A DNA stretch of 64,000 bases from an uncultured Candidatus Saccharibacteria bacterium (GCA_964563615.1 CAZLWF010000002.1:1859-65858), one strand, 5' to 3'. Positions 28,354 to 38,917 are shown, numbered from the stretch's first letter. The notes: generated by a model not told the origin, from the letters alone. Numbers and translations are program-made.

Positions 28354-30024
28354 CTACTTTCTATTTTGCTGCCGGCGACTATACGCTGCCTTAATAAATG
28401 CAGTAAAAAGTTTATGCGGGTAGAGTGGCCGGGCAAGAAACTCTGGGTGGAACTGTGTACCCAAGAAAAACGGATGAGATTTCGCACTTAGCTCTGCAAT
28501 CTCCATAAGCTTACCATCTGGCGATGTGCCAGAAAATATTAGTCCAGCAGCTTCGAGAGCATTGATATATTCCCTATTTACTTCATACCGATGCCTATGA
28601 CGTTCAGTAATTTTTTCTGTGCCATACGCTTTGTGCGCAATCGTCCCTTTTGCAAGTAAGGCTTCATAGTCTCCAAGCCGCATAGTATTGCCGAACTGCT
28701 TCTTGGCGAGTTTCTCGATTTGTTCAGGCATGATGTCTATAACTAAATGCTTGCTTGATGGGTTAATTTCCCGTGAGGTTGCATCTTTTAGCTTTAGTAC
28801 GTTACGCGCATATTCGATAACCATAAGCTGCATGCCATAACAAAGTCCAAAATACGGAATAGCGTTTAGGCGCGCAAAGGTAATAGCTGCCAGTATGCCT
28901 TCGATTCCTCTCGCACCAAAGCCGCCCGGTACAATAATGCCATCATAGTGTTTGAGATTCTTGAGCTTGGCTTTACCACCTGGACCTTCAAAATCTATCG
29001 CATTGATCCAGCTTAAAACTGGTTTTTTACCCAAAGCATACGCAGAGAATTTAATCGCTTCAATTACTGAAAGGTATGAATCAGAAAGTGTAAAATCGCC
29101 TGTATCAAAATATTTCCCAACCATAGCAATGCGCACCTCGTCTTTGGTATGATGAATAGTTTGGACAATTTTCTTCCACTTTTTAATAGTATCAATTGCA
29201 GGTTGTCGACAAACAATATCCAGCATATCGCAAAAGAGCGTACTTAAGCCTTCTTTCTCAAAATTAATCGGCACATCATATATTGAGTCAACATCAGGCG
29301 CTGAAATAATGTGATCAGCAGGCACATTGCATGAAAATGCCAATTTCTCTTTGCGTTTTGCATCAAGCGGTTTTTCTGCACGTGCAACAATAATATCTGG
29401 AAGAATTCCAGAAGCATTCAAAGTCCTAATCGCATACTGTGTCGGCTTTGTTTTCATTTCCCCAACTTTTGATGGTATAGGTAAATACGAGACCATAACA
29501 AATGCAACATCTTTTGGATATTTGATTTTCATCATGCGTGCTGCTTCAAGGAAAAGGACATTCTGGTATTCACCAACGGTACCACCCACTTCTACGATTG
29601 TGACGTCAGCATCCGCTTGTTTTGAAGCTTCGGTAATACGAGCAATGATCTCCATTGGCACATGTGGTACAACTTCTACACATTTGCCTTCATACTCAAG
29701 ATTTCGCTCACGTGCAATAACGCTTTGATATACCCGCCCTGTTGTCATGTAATTGACGCGCGAAAGTGTCGTATTCAGAAATCGCTCATAGTTGCCCATG
29801 TCTTGATCCGTCTCATCCCCATCATGTAAAACAAAAACCTCACCATGCTCGGTGGGATTCATAGTCCCAGCGTCGACATTAACGTAAGGATCAATCTTTA
29901 TTGCTGTAACGGTAAGCCCGCGGTCTTGGAGAATCTTACCAATTGAGGAGGCAGTGACACCTTTCCCAACTCCGGATATAACTCCCCCCACCACAAAAAT
30001 ATATTTTGCTTGTTTGCTCCGCAT
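28354..30024 (-). CDS. pyrG: CTP synthase
   Basis: The N-terminal synthase domain has GGVISGVGKG. The C-terminal class I GATase has GLCYGMQ and HPEF. Confidence 0.9.
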   Translation of the reverse strand: MRSKQAKYIFVVGGVISGVGKGVTASSIGKILQDRGLTVTAIKIDPYVNVDAGTMNPTEHGEVFVLHDGDETDQDMGNYERFLNTTLSRVNYMTTGRVYQSVIARERNLEYEGKCVEVVPHVPMEIIARITEASKQADADVTIVEVGGTVGEYQNVLFLEAARMMKIKYPKDVAFVMVSYLPIPSKVGEMKTKPTQYAIRTLNASGILPDIIVARAEKPLDAKRKEKLAFSCNVPADHIISAPDVDSIYDVPINFEKEGLSTLFCDMLDIVCRQPAIDTIKKWKKIVQTIHHTKDEVRIAMVGKYFDTGDFTLSDSYLSVIEAIKFSAYALGKKPVLSWINAIDFEGPGGKAKLKNLKHYDGIIVPGGFGARGIEGILAAITFARLNAIPYFGLCYGMQLMVIEYARNVLKLKDATSREINPSSKHLVIDIMPEQIEKLAKKQFGNTMRLGDYEALLAKGTIAHKAYGTEKITERHRHRYEVNREYINALEAAGLIFSGTSPDGKLMEIAELSAKSHPFFLGTQFHPEFLARPLYPHKLFTAFIKAAYSRRQQNRK

Positions 30025-30036
30025 AGGCTAAATAGA

Positions 30037-30957
30037 TTATTTTCTTAAATACTTTCTGACTGCTAGAAAACTTGAAATTGCTCCCAAGAGTATACCAGAA
30101 ACTAAGACAATGGCAAAAACTTGAAGCAGGTTACGAATGAAATAGTCAAATAGGTTCATACCGAGAAACTCTGTCATATTCCTTCCCAACCAATATGTCA
30201 GCGGCAAAAACGCCACTATAGTCAAAATTGAGGCAATGGTGCCATATAAAATACCCTCAACCATAAACGGACCACGAATATACTTGTTTTCTGCACCGAC
30301 AAGTCGCATAACTCCAATCTCTTCACGCGTAAAGTATATTGTTAAGCGAATAGTAGTAAAGGTAATGATAATTGAAATAGCTACAAAAACGATCGTAAGC
30401 AGTAAGCCCAATTCTCGAGCACCAGCAATAATCGAATTGAGTCTGTCAATAACAATCTTGTTTTGATGATAATTAATTTTATCAATAACACCACCTGCAT
30501 CTGGTTTAGCTTGTTCTGTATCTAGAAACTTGGCTATACTTTCATACTGTGAAGGGTCTTTGGCTTTGACATTGAGTGTTGCGCCGAGAGGATTTTGTCC
30601 CAACTCTTCCAGTGCTTGCAAAGTCAAGAAATCATCTTGATGACGATTTTTAAAATTATCAAGTGCCTCTGCTGCAGAAACATAGGTTACTGTTTTGACT
30701 TCAGGCAACTGTTCAAGCGATGCTTTAATGTCAGTAATTTTATTTTCAGCCGCATCTGTCGTCATGTAGATGGTCACATCGACTTTATTCTCAATCTGTT
30801 CAAGAGAAATATGCAGTACAGCTTGGAGTAGAATAAGTCCTGCAATAACTGAAAGTGTAATCGTTGTTACTAAAAGAGAAGCGACAGAGACAATACCATT
30901 TCGCCAGAAGCTTATGAAACCAGATCGGATAATGCGTTTTATATCTAAAAGTGTCAT
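30037..30957 (-). CDS. ftsX: Cell-division ABC transporter permease FtsX-like
   Basis: 4-TM FtsX topology with a large periplasmic loop. Directly downstream of ftsE. Confidence 0.75.
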   Translation of the reverse strand: MTLLDIKRIIRSGFISFWRNGIVSVASLLVTTITLSVIAGLILLQAVLHISLEQIENKVDVTIYMTTDAAENKITDIKASLEQLPEVKTVTYVSAAEALDNFKNRHQDDFLTLQALEELGQNPLGATLNVKAKDPSQYESIAKFLDTEQAKPDAGGVIDKINYHQNKIVIDRLNSIIAGARELGLLLTIVFVAISIIITFTTIRLTIYFTREEIGVMRLVGAENKYIRGPFMVEGILYGTIASILTIVAFLPLTYWLGRNMTEFLGMNLFDYFIRNLLQVFAIVLVSGILLGAISSFLAVRKYLRK

Positions 30958-30977
30958 ATATATTACAAAATAAATAA

Positions 30978-31661
30978 TTACATGCTATACCTACCATCTT
31001 TATCATCTCTAACTATCCGACCTTTCTCAAGTGTGACCACACGTCTGCCGATTGATTCGATGACGCCGCGATTGTGAGTCGTCAAAAGTACTGTGGTGCC
31101 TAGATCGTTTATCTTTTTTAAAATCTGGACAACTTCGTATGTATTAATTGGGTCCAAGTTCCCTGTTGGCTCATCAGCAATAATAACATCTGGCTGATTA
31201 ATAATAGCGCGGGCAATAGCAAGTCGCTGCTTCTCACCACCTGAGAGCTGGTGTGGAAAATTAAATATTTTATTTCCAAGATCAACAAGCTCAAGCACAT
31301 GTGGCACATCTGAAGCTATATCTTCATCTGTTTTACCAGCTGCTTCCATGGCAAAAGCGATGTTTTCATAGGCTGTTTTATTTGGCAGAAGGCGGAAATC
31401 CTGAAAGACGACACCGATTTGGCGGCGCAAACCCGTGATCGCACGGCTTTTAAGTTCGTGAATATTTTTTGATTCAAAAAAAACTGACCCTTCAGTTGGG
31501 CGCTCTTCAGCTAGAATAAGCTTCGTAAGGGTCGTTTTCCCAGCCCCCGAATGCCCTACAATCGAGACAAATTCGCCTTCAGCAATAGCCAAATCAATAT
31601 TATCAAGTGATGGCTCTTTCGCACCAGGATATAGCTTAGTAACACTATTGAAATTAATCAT
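30978..31661 (-). CDS. ftsE: Cell-division ABC transporter ATPase FtsE
   Basis: Walker A GHSGAGKTT, the ABC signature LSGGEKQR, and Walker B IIADEPTGNLD. Confidence 0.85.
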   Translation of the reverse strand: MINFNSVTKLYPGAKEPSLDNIDLAIAEGEFVSIVGHSGAGKTTLTKLILAEERPTEGSVFFESKNIHELKSRAITGLRRQIGVVFQDFRLLPNKTAYENIAFAMEAAGKTDEDIASDVPHVLELVDLGNKIFNFPHQLSGGEKQRLAIARAIINQPDVIIADEPTGNLDPINTYEVVQILKKINDLGTTVLLTTHNRGVIESIGRRVVTLEKGRIVRDDKDGRYSM

Positions 31662-31670
31662 ACAATATCC

Positions 31671-32552
31671 CTAGTATAACTTTTTTTCTGCTTCGATGAA
31701 AGCATCAAGTTCGCCGTCACTAAGCACACTGTCAACATTGCTTGTTTCTACGTCTGTCCGGTGATCTTTAACCATTTTATAGGGATGCAATACATACGAA
31801 CGAATCTGATTCCCCCACTCGATGTCAGTACCTTTTGTTAGCTGCAAGCTCTCTGCTAATGTTTTTTGTTCGTCTTGTGCTTTCTTCCACAATTTACCTC
31901 GAAGAATTTCCAACGCTCGCTCACGATTTTGTTCTTGCGAACGTTCTTCACGCACATGAACTGTAATTCCTGTTGGAGTATGGGTAACTCTAACTGCCGT
32001 TTCGCGTTTATTCACATTTTGTCCGCCCGGCCCCCCAGCTTTGGTAAATTCGATTGCTATATCGCCTTCATGTAATTCTGGCATAAGCGCTTTTGGAATT
32101 TGAGGAATGAACTCAACGAGCGCAAAACTAGTATTACGCTTAGCTTTCGAATTAAATGGTGAAAGTCGCACGAGCCGATGCACACCATTTTCATGCTTGA
32201 GTAATCCGTAGGCACCCTTGCCGAGAACTTCAGCGGTTATATTACGATAACCGCCATGATCATTAGTATTCTCATGAATTATTTTGGCAGCAAAACCGTT
32301 TCTTTGAAAATATTTCATATACATTAGAAATAGCATCCTGCCAAAATCTTCTGCATCTGCACCGCCTGCACCTGAGACTATCGAGAAAATGGTATTACTC
32401 GCATCAAAACCATTAACGCCATCTTTCTTGTTCTTAAGATCTTGTAGTTCCCTCACGAGCAATTGTGCTTTTGATTTGTCAGACCAAAAATCCCCAGATG
32501 TCATACTAGTTTCGATTTCAGTTATTCTTTGCTCAATTTCCTGTTCATTCAT
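31671..32552 (-). CDS. prfB: Peptide chain release factor 2, N-terminally short
   Basis: The SPF tripeptide (RF2-specific) and the GGQ motif (GGQNVNKRETAVRVTHTPTG) are present. Only 293 aa. The ORF is contiguous from its ATG, with no upstream frame holding a CTT TGA site. Confidence 0.8.
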   Translation of the reverse strand: MNEQEIEQRITEIETSMTSGDFWSDKSKAQLLVRELQDLKNKKDGVNGFDASNTIFSIVSGAGGADAEDFGRMLFLMYMKYFQRNGFAAKIIHENTNDHGGYRNITAEVLGKGAYGLLKHENGVHRLVRLSPFNSKAKRNTSFALVEFIPQIPKALMPELHEGDIAIEFTKAGGPGGQNVNKRETAVRVTHTPTGITVHVREERSQEQNRERALEILRGKLWKKAQDEQKTLAESLQLTKGTDIEWGNQIRSYVLHPYKMVKDHRTDVETSNVDSVLSDGELDAFIEAEKKLY

Positions 32553-32588
32553 ATATCTTAGTATACCAATACATCTTTATCTTGTAAT

Positions 32589-33704
32589 TTACGAATAAAT
32601 CCTCGGTACGCGATTTGAAATACAAGTTGTGATTTCGTGAGGCGTAGTATCAACTAGTCTTGCAATATCTTCAACTTTGATAGTTTCACTTCCTTCGTGA
32701 CCAATCAGTGTTACTGTATCTTCGAGATATGCTTCCCCATCATTACCAAGTGAGACCATTGTTTGATCCATACATATACGACCAACTACTGGATATTTCT
32801 TACCGTGGATTAATACTTTCCCATTATTTGATAGTCGACGCGGATATCCATCTGCATATCCAATTGGAATCGTTACTATGCGCTCGTGCGTATTTACAAC
32901 AGTATATGATCTTCCATAGCCAATTGACTCCCCTTGTTCACGAACTTTAAAATATACAACTTTTGTTTTTAACTCTAATACCGGATGAATCGATTTTGGC
33001 AGTATAATAGAGTCATAATCTGGTTCAATTCCATAGAGTGCAATACCCGGTCTCACCATCGTGAAATGATATTCAGGATACAAGAAAATTGACCGTGAAC
33101 TACACATATGAATAAACGGTGGAGAAAGATGAAGCGTCTTTGCATACTCAACTGTCCGAATAAAACGCTCGGCTTGCACTTTAGTAAAATCAGCATCCAG
33201 GCTATCTGAAAAATGCGAATACATCCCTTCGCAATACATCATATTTGCATTAGAAAGCTCTATGGCTTTTTGTATAAAAGGTTCGGCTCGATTACAGTGC
33301 ACACCGATACGACCCATACCTGTATCAATTTTCAAATGCACTTTTGGTACTATTCCAAGTTTTTGACCGACATTACAAATGAGAACAAGTTTATCAACTG
33401 AAGATGCTGTTAATGTAAGATTATTTGTAATCGCACTCTCAATTTCTTGAGCATCTAATGCGGCAAAAACAAGAATAGGAAGTTCAACACCATTTGCTCG
33501 AAGCACACAACCTTCCGATACCAGAGCCACTGAAAAATAATCTACATGCCTTGCGAGAGCTTGTGCGACCTGTATCATGCCATGACCGTAGGCATCAGCT
33601 TTTACTACGGCACAAACTTTTACACCTGGTTTACAAGCATGCTTAATACCATCTGCATTGTTTTGTAATGTGCGTATTGATATGGCTGCATAAGTATTTC
33701 TCAT
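32589..33704 (-). CDS. alr: Alanine racemase
   Basis: PLP motif AVVKADAYGHG. The start is taken as MRNTYAAISI because the longer ORF to 33782 would overlap the tRNA-Thr gene. Confidence 0.8.
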   Translation of the reverse strand: MRNTYAAISIRTLQNNADGIKHACKPGVKVCAVVKADAYGHGMIQVAQALARHVDYFSVALVSEGCVLRANGVELPILVFAALDAQEIESAITNNLTLTASSVDKLVLICNVGQKLGIVPKVHLKIDTGMGRIGVHCNRAEPFIQKAIELSNANMMYCEGMYSHFSDSLDADFTKVQAERFIRTVEYAKTLHLSPPFIHMCSSRSIFLYPEYHFTMVRPGIALYGIEPDYDSIILPKSIHPVLELKTKVVYFKVREQGESIGYGRSYTVVNTHERIVTIPIGYADGYPRRLSNNGKVLIHGKKYPVVGRICMDQTMVSLGNDGEAYLEDTVTLIGHEGSETIKVEDIARLVDTTPHEITTCISNRVPRIYS

Positions 33705-33724
33705 AAAATATTTTACAAATTTTG

Positions 33725-33797
33725 AGCCACCCCCGAGGATCGAACTCGGGACCCCCGCTTTACGAAAGCGATGCTCTACCAACTGAGCTAGGGTGGC
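33725..33797 (-). tRNA. tRNA-Thr (anticodon CGT)
   Basis: The reverse complement is GCCACCCTAGCTCAGTTGGTAGAGCATCGCTTTCGTAAAGCGGGGGTCCCGAGTTCGATCCTCGGGGGTGGCT. The anticodon loop is TTCGTAA. Confidence 0.8.
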
Positions 33798-33857
33798 AAA
33801 TCTATTTATTCAATATAACACGCCTGGACTGTAGCAGATTTTACCTAAGTATTCAAA

Positions 33858-33893
33858 TAAAAACCTGCACATATGTGCAGGTTTAAAAATTTA
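33858..33893. terminator. Intrinsic terminator downstream of purA, palindromic
   Basis: acctgcacatatgtgcaggt perfect palindrome flanked by A/T runs. Confidence 0.55.
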
Positions 33894-33898
33894 TTTAA

Positions 33899-35227
33899 TT
33901 AACTTTGCCACCGGACAATATCTTTACGATCCGGGCCAGTTCCGATTGCCTCAATTGCTATCGGACCGCAGTCCCAAGACGCAAAAACATTCTCTAAATA
34001 ATTTAGAAAATTACAAAGAGACGATGGAATATCCTGTGTTTCAATTGATCCTGGAGATACTTTCCACCCACGATGCTCTTTAGTCACACATGTTATTCCA
34101 TCAAGCGTTGCAGGAAATTCTTTAATAATTTTATCGTCTTTTTTATAACCTGTAACAACATGAATAACATCGCTTGGGCAAACATCCACTTTTGTAATGA
34201 ACACCTTTGTTATATTATTTCTTTCGACAGCATACCGTAATGCTACTAAATCAAGCCACCCACAATTCCGTGGACGCCCAGTTGTTGCACCATACTCACA
34301 ACCATCCTTTCTGAATTTCTCTTCTACCTCTTCAGGCATGCGTGATGGAAATGCACCGCTGCCAACTTTAGTGGCATAGAACTTAACAACTCCCATAACA
34401 GTGTGAATTGAGTGCGCTGGAACCCCCAAACTTACTGCTGCATGTGCTGCATAGGTCGAAGAACTGGTTACATTCGGGAAATCACCAAAATCAACATCAA
34501 GACCACTACCCTGAGCTCCCTCTGCAAGTATTTTTTTACCCTGCTTTATAGCATCTAACAAATATTGTGACAGATCAATAATATGGAGAGTCCTAATAAA
34601 TTCAATTGCACGCAACCATTCTGCCTTATCTTTCTTGTATTCTTCCATCGGAAAAGAAAAGTATTTATCGAAAAGGGTAAACTGCTCCATATGATACGCT
34701 TCCCATGCTTCAAATCGAATAAGGAAGTCTGGAGAAAAAATATCTCCCATGCGAAGCGAGCGCCTTGCATATTTATCTTCATAAGCAGGGCCAATACCTT
34801 GACATGTTGTGCCAATTTTCTTGCCAGTTAATACTTCTTTCCTCTTCTCTTCAGCCATATCACGATATATATGAAAAGGCGCAATGAGAGACATATGCCG
34901 GGATATAAATAATCGACTGATTACTTCGATACCCAGACTTTCAAGCTCATGAATTTCATTAACTATTTTAATTGGATTCCCTACCATACCTGCACCCATA
35001 CATCCTATTTTATCTTTTTGACCAAAAGCGCATGGTAACGAGTGCAGAACAATCTTATTCCCTTCAAATTCCAATGTGTGACCAGCATTTGGCCCACCTT
35101 GGAACCTGACAACAATGTCATATAGAGACAGTAAGTAATCTACGATTTTACCTTTTCCTTCATCGCCCCATTGTAATCCAATAAGGACATCAATGAAGCC
35201 TTTAATAACTGTTAGTATCTGTTTCAT
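33899..35227 (-). CDS. purA: Adenylosuccinate synthetase
   Basis: P-loop QWGDEGKGKIVDYL and the GGPNAGHT motif. Confidence 0.85.
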   Translation of the reverse strand: MKQILTVIKGFIDVLIGLQWGDEGKGKIVDYLLSLYDIVVRFQGGPNAGHTLEFEGNKIVLHSLPCAFGQKDKIGCMGAGMVGNPIKIVNEIHELESLGIEVISRLFISRHMSLIAPFHIYRDMAEEKRKEVLTGKKIGTTCQGIGPAYEDKYARRSLRMGDIFSPDFLIRFEAWEAYHMEQFTLFDKYFSFPMEEYKKDKAEWLRAIEFIRTLHIIDLSQYLLDAIKQGKKILAEGAQGSGLDVDFGDFPNVTSSSTYAAHAAVSLGVPAHSIHTVMGVVKFYATKVGSGAFPSRMPEEVEEKFRKDGCEYGATTGRPRNCGWLDLVALRYAVERNNITKVFITKVDVCPSDVIHVVTGYKKDDKIIKEFPATLDGITCVTKEHRGWKVSPGSIETQDIPSSLCNFLNYLENVFASWDCGPIAIEAIGTGPDRKDIVRWQS

Positions 35228-35266
35228 TTTCAGAATTTTTGTGAAAAGAATTTTTTGAATTATTTA

Positions 35267-36736
35267 CTATTTACTGTAATTCGGTGCTTCGTTGGTAATC
35301 ACCACATCATGGACATGGCTTTCACGAATACCGGCAGATGAAATTTTAACAAATCGTGCTCGTTTTAATGTTGGAATATCAGGGGAGCCAGTATAGCCCA
35401 TGCCTGCTTGTAATCCACCAATACACTGCACCATAACTTCAGCCAGTGTCCCTTTATATGGAACACGACCGACTATCCCTTCCGGAGTCAGTTTCTTAAT
35501 ATCGTCTTCAGCATCCTGAAAATAACGATCTTTCGATCCATCTTGCATGGCTTCAAGTGACCCCATGCCTCTGTACGACTTAAATTTTCGGCCTTCAAAA
35601 ATAATCGTCTCGCCGGGCGATTCTTCTACTCCAGCAAAAAGTGACCCTGCCATGACAGTATCAGCACCAGCTGCGATTGCTTTGACAATATCACCAGTGT
35701 ATCGAATACCGCCGTCTGCAATGAGCGGAATGTTATATGGCTTCAAGCCCTCTGCTGCTTCCATAACAGCCGTAAGCTGCGGCACGCCTACTCCAGTAAC
35801 AATTCGAGTAGTACAGATTGATCCAGGTCCTACACCCACCTTAACTGCATCTACACCAGCTTCTGCAAGTGCTACCGCACCTTCACTGGTCGCTACATTA
35901 CCAGCAATCACTTGAAGATCTTTGAATTTTTTCTTTACATTTTTTACTGACTCCAAGACACCATGTGAATGGCCATGTGCAGTATCAATACAAATCACAT
36001 CTACTCCATTATGAACAAGCGCTTGTATTCGATCCAAAATATCTACTGTTACACCAACAGCGGCACCCACCAACAACCGTCCGTATTTATCTTTACATGC
36101 ATTTGGATGACTTTTTAATTTCAAAATATCCCGGTATGTAATGAGTCCTTTTAATTTTCCTGTATTATCAATAACCGGAAGTTTTTCAACCTTATAGTCC
36201 TGTAGAATTTCTTTAGCTTTTTCCAGATCTGTACCTTCGGGCGCAGTAACTAGTCTGTCCTTTGTCATCACTTCTGAAATCTTCCGCAACGTATCTTTTT
36301 CAAACCGGAGGTCACGATTAGTAAGAATGCCCACCAGTTTCTTTTCATTGTCTATAATGGGAATGCCACCAATCTTGAATTCCTTCATGATTTTCAATGC
36401 CTGGCCAATGGTATCTTCTGGATGAAGTGTGGTCGGATCAATAATGAGTCCACTTTCGCTCCGTTTAACTCTTCTCACAGCTTCAGCTTGTCGTTCAATC
36501 GACATATTTTTATGAAGAATTCCAATGCCACCTTGACTTGCCATAGCAATAGCCATTTCCCAATCAGTGACAGTATCCATGGCAGCCGAAAGAATAGGAA
36601 CATTGATCCTGATATTCCGCGTAAGCTGGCTGGAAGTGTTTACTTCTCTGGGCAAAACCTCAGAATGACTAGGCAGGATGAGAACATCATCGTACGTCAG
36701 TCCATCAAAGGTAATTTTTGGTTTATTCTGTTCCAT
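35267..36736 (-). CDS. guaB: IMP dehydrogenase with CBS pair
   Basis: Catalytic loop [14 protein letters not shown], a GGIR phosphate-binding motif, and an inserted CBS domain. Confidence 0.9.
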   Translation of the reverse strand: MEQNKPKITFDGLTYDDVLILPSHSEVLPREVNTSSQLTRNIRINVPILSAAMDTVTDWEMAIAMASQGGIGILHKNMSIERQAEAVRRVKRSESGLIIDPTTLHPEDTIGQALKIMKEFKIGGIPIIDNEKKLVGILTNRDLRFEKDTLRKISEVMTKDRLVTAPEGTDLEKAKEILQDYKVEKLPVIDNTGKLKGLITYRDILKLKSHPNACKDKYGRLLVGAAVGVTVDILDRIQALVHNGVDVICIDTAHGHSHGVLESVKNVKKKFKDLQVIAGNVATSEGAVALAEAGVDAVKVGVGPGSICTTRIVTGVGVPQLTAVMEAAEGLKPYNIPLIADGGIRYTGDIVKAIAAGADTVMAGSLFAGVEESPGETIIFEGRKFKSYRGMGSLEAMQDGSKDRYFQDAEDDIKKLTPEGIVGRVPYKGTLAEVMVQCIGGLQAGMGYTGSPDIPTLKRARFVKISSAGIRESHVHDVVITNEAPNYSK

Positions 36737-36860
36737 GTTTCTGTTTTTATGAAGGTTACATTAAAAAACACTCTTGTAGGAGTGCCAGTACCTTATTTAT
36801 CAAAGGTTTGCATTAGTCTATACTCACCCATGACCTGAGTCAATGAGAATCTTTTTTCTG

Positions 36861-36933
36861 AGCCGTTGTCCGGGATTGAACCGGAGACCTCGTTCTTACC
36901 AAGAACGTGCTCTACCAACTGAGCTACAACGGC
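36861..36933 (-). tRNA. tRNA-Thr (anticodon GGT)
   Basis: The reverse complement is GCCGTTGTAGCTCAGTTGGTAGAGCACGTTCTTGGTAAGAACGAGGTCTCCGGTTCAATCCCGGACAACGGCT. The anticodon loop is TTGGTAA. Confidence 0.8.
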
Positions 36934-37057
36934 TTATATACTTTTAGATCTACCAAAACAGCTACAACAACAAGTAAGCTATCTTTTTTTGCTTATCAGA
37001 AAATCACTTTAAAATACTCTTCCACTATAGAGATTTTCTACTTTTTTGCAAATAACC

Positions 37058-37543
37058 TTAAATAATTTGCACAATTGTCGGTGTAACTATTTTCTCATAA
37101 TCAACCGCTCGCATTGCGATAGAATACGATCGATCACCTGCATTAAAAATAATTTTTTCATTTTTTAATACTTCTGGGTCCACATAGACTTCCAATCCAA
37201 ATAGATTACCAAATGGAGGCACCCCGCCTGGAAGTATGCCGTTCGTGATCTCACCTACTTCCACTTCTGTTGCAAATCTAACTTCTGTAATACCAAGATT
37301 TGCTTTCAGTTGCTTTTCACTAAAGCGCATGTCACCAGGCACTACGAGCATAATAAATTTTTTACCTTTGTTTGGTATTTTTACACGGACAATAATTGCC
37401 TTTGCTCCTTGATGGATTGTATACCCATGACGGATGTTGGATGCTTCCTCACTGGTTCGTACCGGAGCATGCTCAAATACCTCATACAAAATACTTTCAG
37501 AATCCAAAAGTTTCTTTATTGTTTCAACTGTTGGATGGTACAT
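37058..37543 (-). CDS. YbaK/ProX-type aminoacyl-tRNA deacylase domain protein
   Basis: 161 aa. GAKAIIVRV and GILPGGVPPFG match the YbaK editing-domain motifs. Confidence 0.6.
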   Translation of the reverse strand: MYHPTVETIKKLLDSESILYEVFEHAPVRTSEEASNIRHGYTIHQGAKAIIVRVKIPNKGKKFIMLVVPGDMRFSEKQLKANLGITEVRFATEVEVGEITNGILPGGVPPFGNLFGLEVYVDPEVLKNEKIIFNAGDRSYSIAMRAVDYEKIVTPTIVQII

Positions 37544-37550
37544 AGTGTAA

Positions 37551-38540
37551 TTACTCTGTCGTCTCTAAACTTTCCAAATATTCTTTTAGAGTTTGGCTGG
37601 ATGATTTGAGTGCTTCTGCATGAGCAATACCCACATAGCGATAGTGCCATGGCTCATACGCATAACCTGTTATAGATTCTTTGCCACTTGGATAACTCAG
37701 TACAAAGCCGTACTCACCTGCGTGCGTTGCAAGCCATTTGCCTTCTGGTGACTGCGCAAATGAATGACTCGTTGATACATAACGCAATGATGCTCCAGTG
37801 AGATCTACCGTTGTTCCTAATTGATGTTCGGAGTGTCCTGGTAATGCACTTACCCGACTTGCATATGCTATGCCTCGGAGTTTTGTATAAAAATTAAATA
37901 GATATTCTTGTATTTCAAAATTACGAAATCCAGATGTAATACGTATAACGAGCCCTTGGGTACGCGCAGCATTGCTCATGCGAATATAAGCATCTGCTGT
38001 TTCACTTCTCAAACATATAATGCCATTTGTCACCACTTGTTCTGGTAATACGACCAGATCAGATGGTGCGTAATCTCTATCTACCATTTGTGTTTTGCTT
38101 ATTGGTAGTAGTAACGTATCAGCATATGTCACATCACCTTTGGGGCAAAGGGCTCCTATGAATAATTGATTTATTTTTTCTTTCGTTTCTTTATCAAACA
38201 TGCCGGTTATGGGCAACAATGCGTCTTTTTGAAAAAGAGCAAGTGCATTTGTAGTTTCTATACCGAATACACCATCAATACGTGAAATACTTTTTGGATA
38301 TATGCTACGCAAATATGTTTGTAAATAGCTCACATCCGCTCCGTAATTACCTGACTGAAGTTCTCGTGTAAAACCACCAGCTGCACGCCAGTTATTAAGT
38401 GTCTCAATATTTAAATTAGATACAGAACCAAAGGTCGGCGTACTACTGCCATTACTAGAATTGATATTAAAGACGAAAAGCACGAGCAGTATAGCTGCAA
38501 GTCCGGTAAATAGGGTGAATACTTTAAATGTATATTTCAT
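37551..38540 (-). CDS. Peptidoglycan D,D-carboxypeptidase/endopeptidase (M15B/VanY-like) with PG_binding_1 domain
   Basis: It has a signal/TM segment. The PG-binding repeat is GADVSYLQTYL...DGVFGIETTNALALFQ. The VanY region carries SGFRNFEIQ, HSEHQLGTTVDL and EPWHYRY zinc ligands. Confidence 0.7.
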   Translation of the reverse strand: MKYTFKVFTLFTGLAAILLVLFVFNINSSNGSSTPTFGSVSNLNIETLNNWRAAGGFTRELQSGNYGADVSYLQTYLRSIYPKSISRIDGVFGIETTNALALFQKDALLPITGMFDKETKEKINQLFIGALCPKGDVTYADTLLLPISKTQMVDRDYAPSDLVVLPEQVVTNGIICLRSETADAYIRMSNAARTQGLVIRITSGFRNFEIQEYLFNFYTKLRGIAYASRVSALPGHSEHQLGTTVDLTGASLRYVSTSHSFAQSPEGKWLATHAGEYGFVLSYPSGKESITGYAYEPWHYRYVGIAHAEALKSSSQTLKEYLESLETTE

Positions 38541-38734
38541 AGATTAAAATTTTCTAACACTACAATCATGCGCGACCGGACTTGACGGTCAAGTTTCTAA
38601 TTCGCTCCGCTCATAAGAACTTCCTCGCCGAGTTCACTAGTTGCAAGCAACATAGCTCCGCTTGTTCAAGTCCGGATATGAGTAAAGCAGTTTACTCATA
38701 TCGGCCACACAAAAATCCCTTTCAGGATTTTTTG

Positions 38735-38808
38735 CGCGACCGACCGGACTTGAACCGGCGACCTCCCACGTGACAGGCGGGCGCTCTAACCAGCTGAGCT
38801 ACGGTCGC
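38735..38808 (-). tRNA. tRNA-Asp (anticodon GTC)
   Basis: The reverse complement is GCGACCGTAGCTCAGCTGGTTAGAGCGCCCGCCTGTCACGTGGGAGGTCGCCGGTTCAAGTCCGGTCGGTCGCGC. The anticodon loop is CTGTCAC. It is followed at 38711-38733 by the hairpin aaaatcc-ctttca-ggatttt. Confidence 0.8.
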
Positions 38809-38917
38809 AAATATTTTATTCTCTAATACTATTTTTTATATCATCTTTGCTTGCCTAACCAAAACAACTACAATCGCAAATATTTTATTGGTTTATGTCC
38901 GTCATTGGCGAACATTG

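Noticed and set aside
31671-32600. Programmed +1 frameshift in prfB
   Set aside because: No CTT TGA motif and no upstream short frame were found. The ORF is simply short.
38664-38700. Possible SRP (4.5S) RNA because of GUCCGGA...AGCAG similarity on the plus strand
   Set aside because: The match to the domain IV consensus is partial, the flanks do not form the expected long hairpin, and the motif is better explained as an inverted copy of the tRNA-Asp T-arm. It is left as an unassigned structured region.
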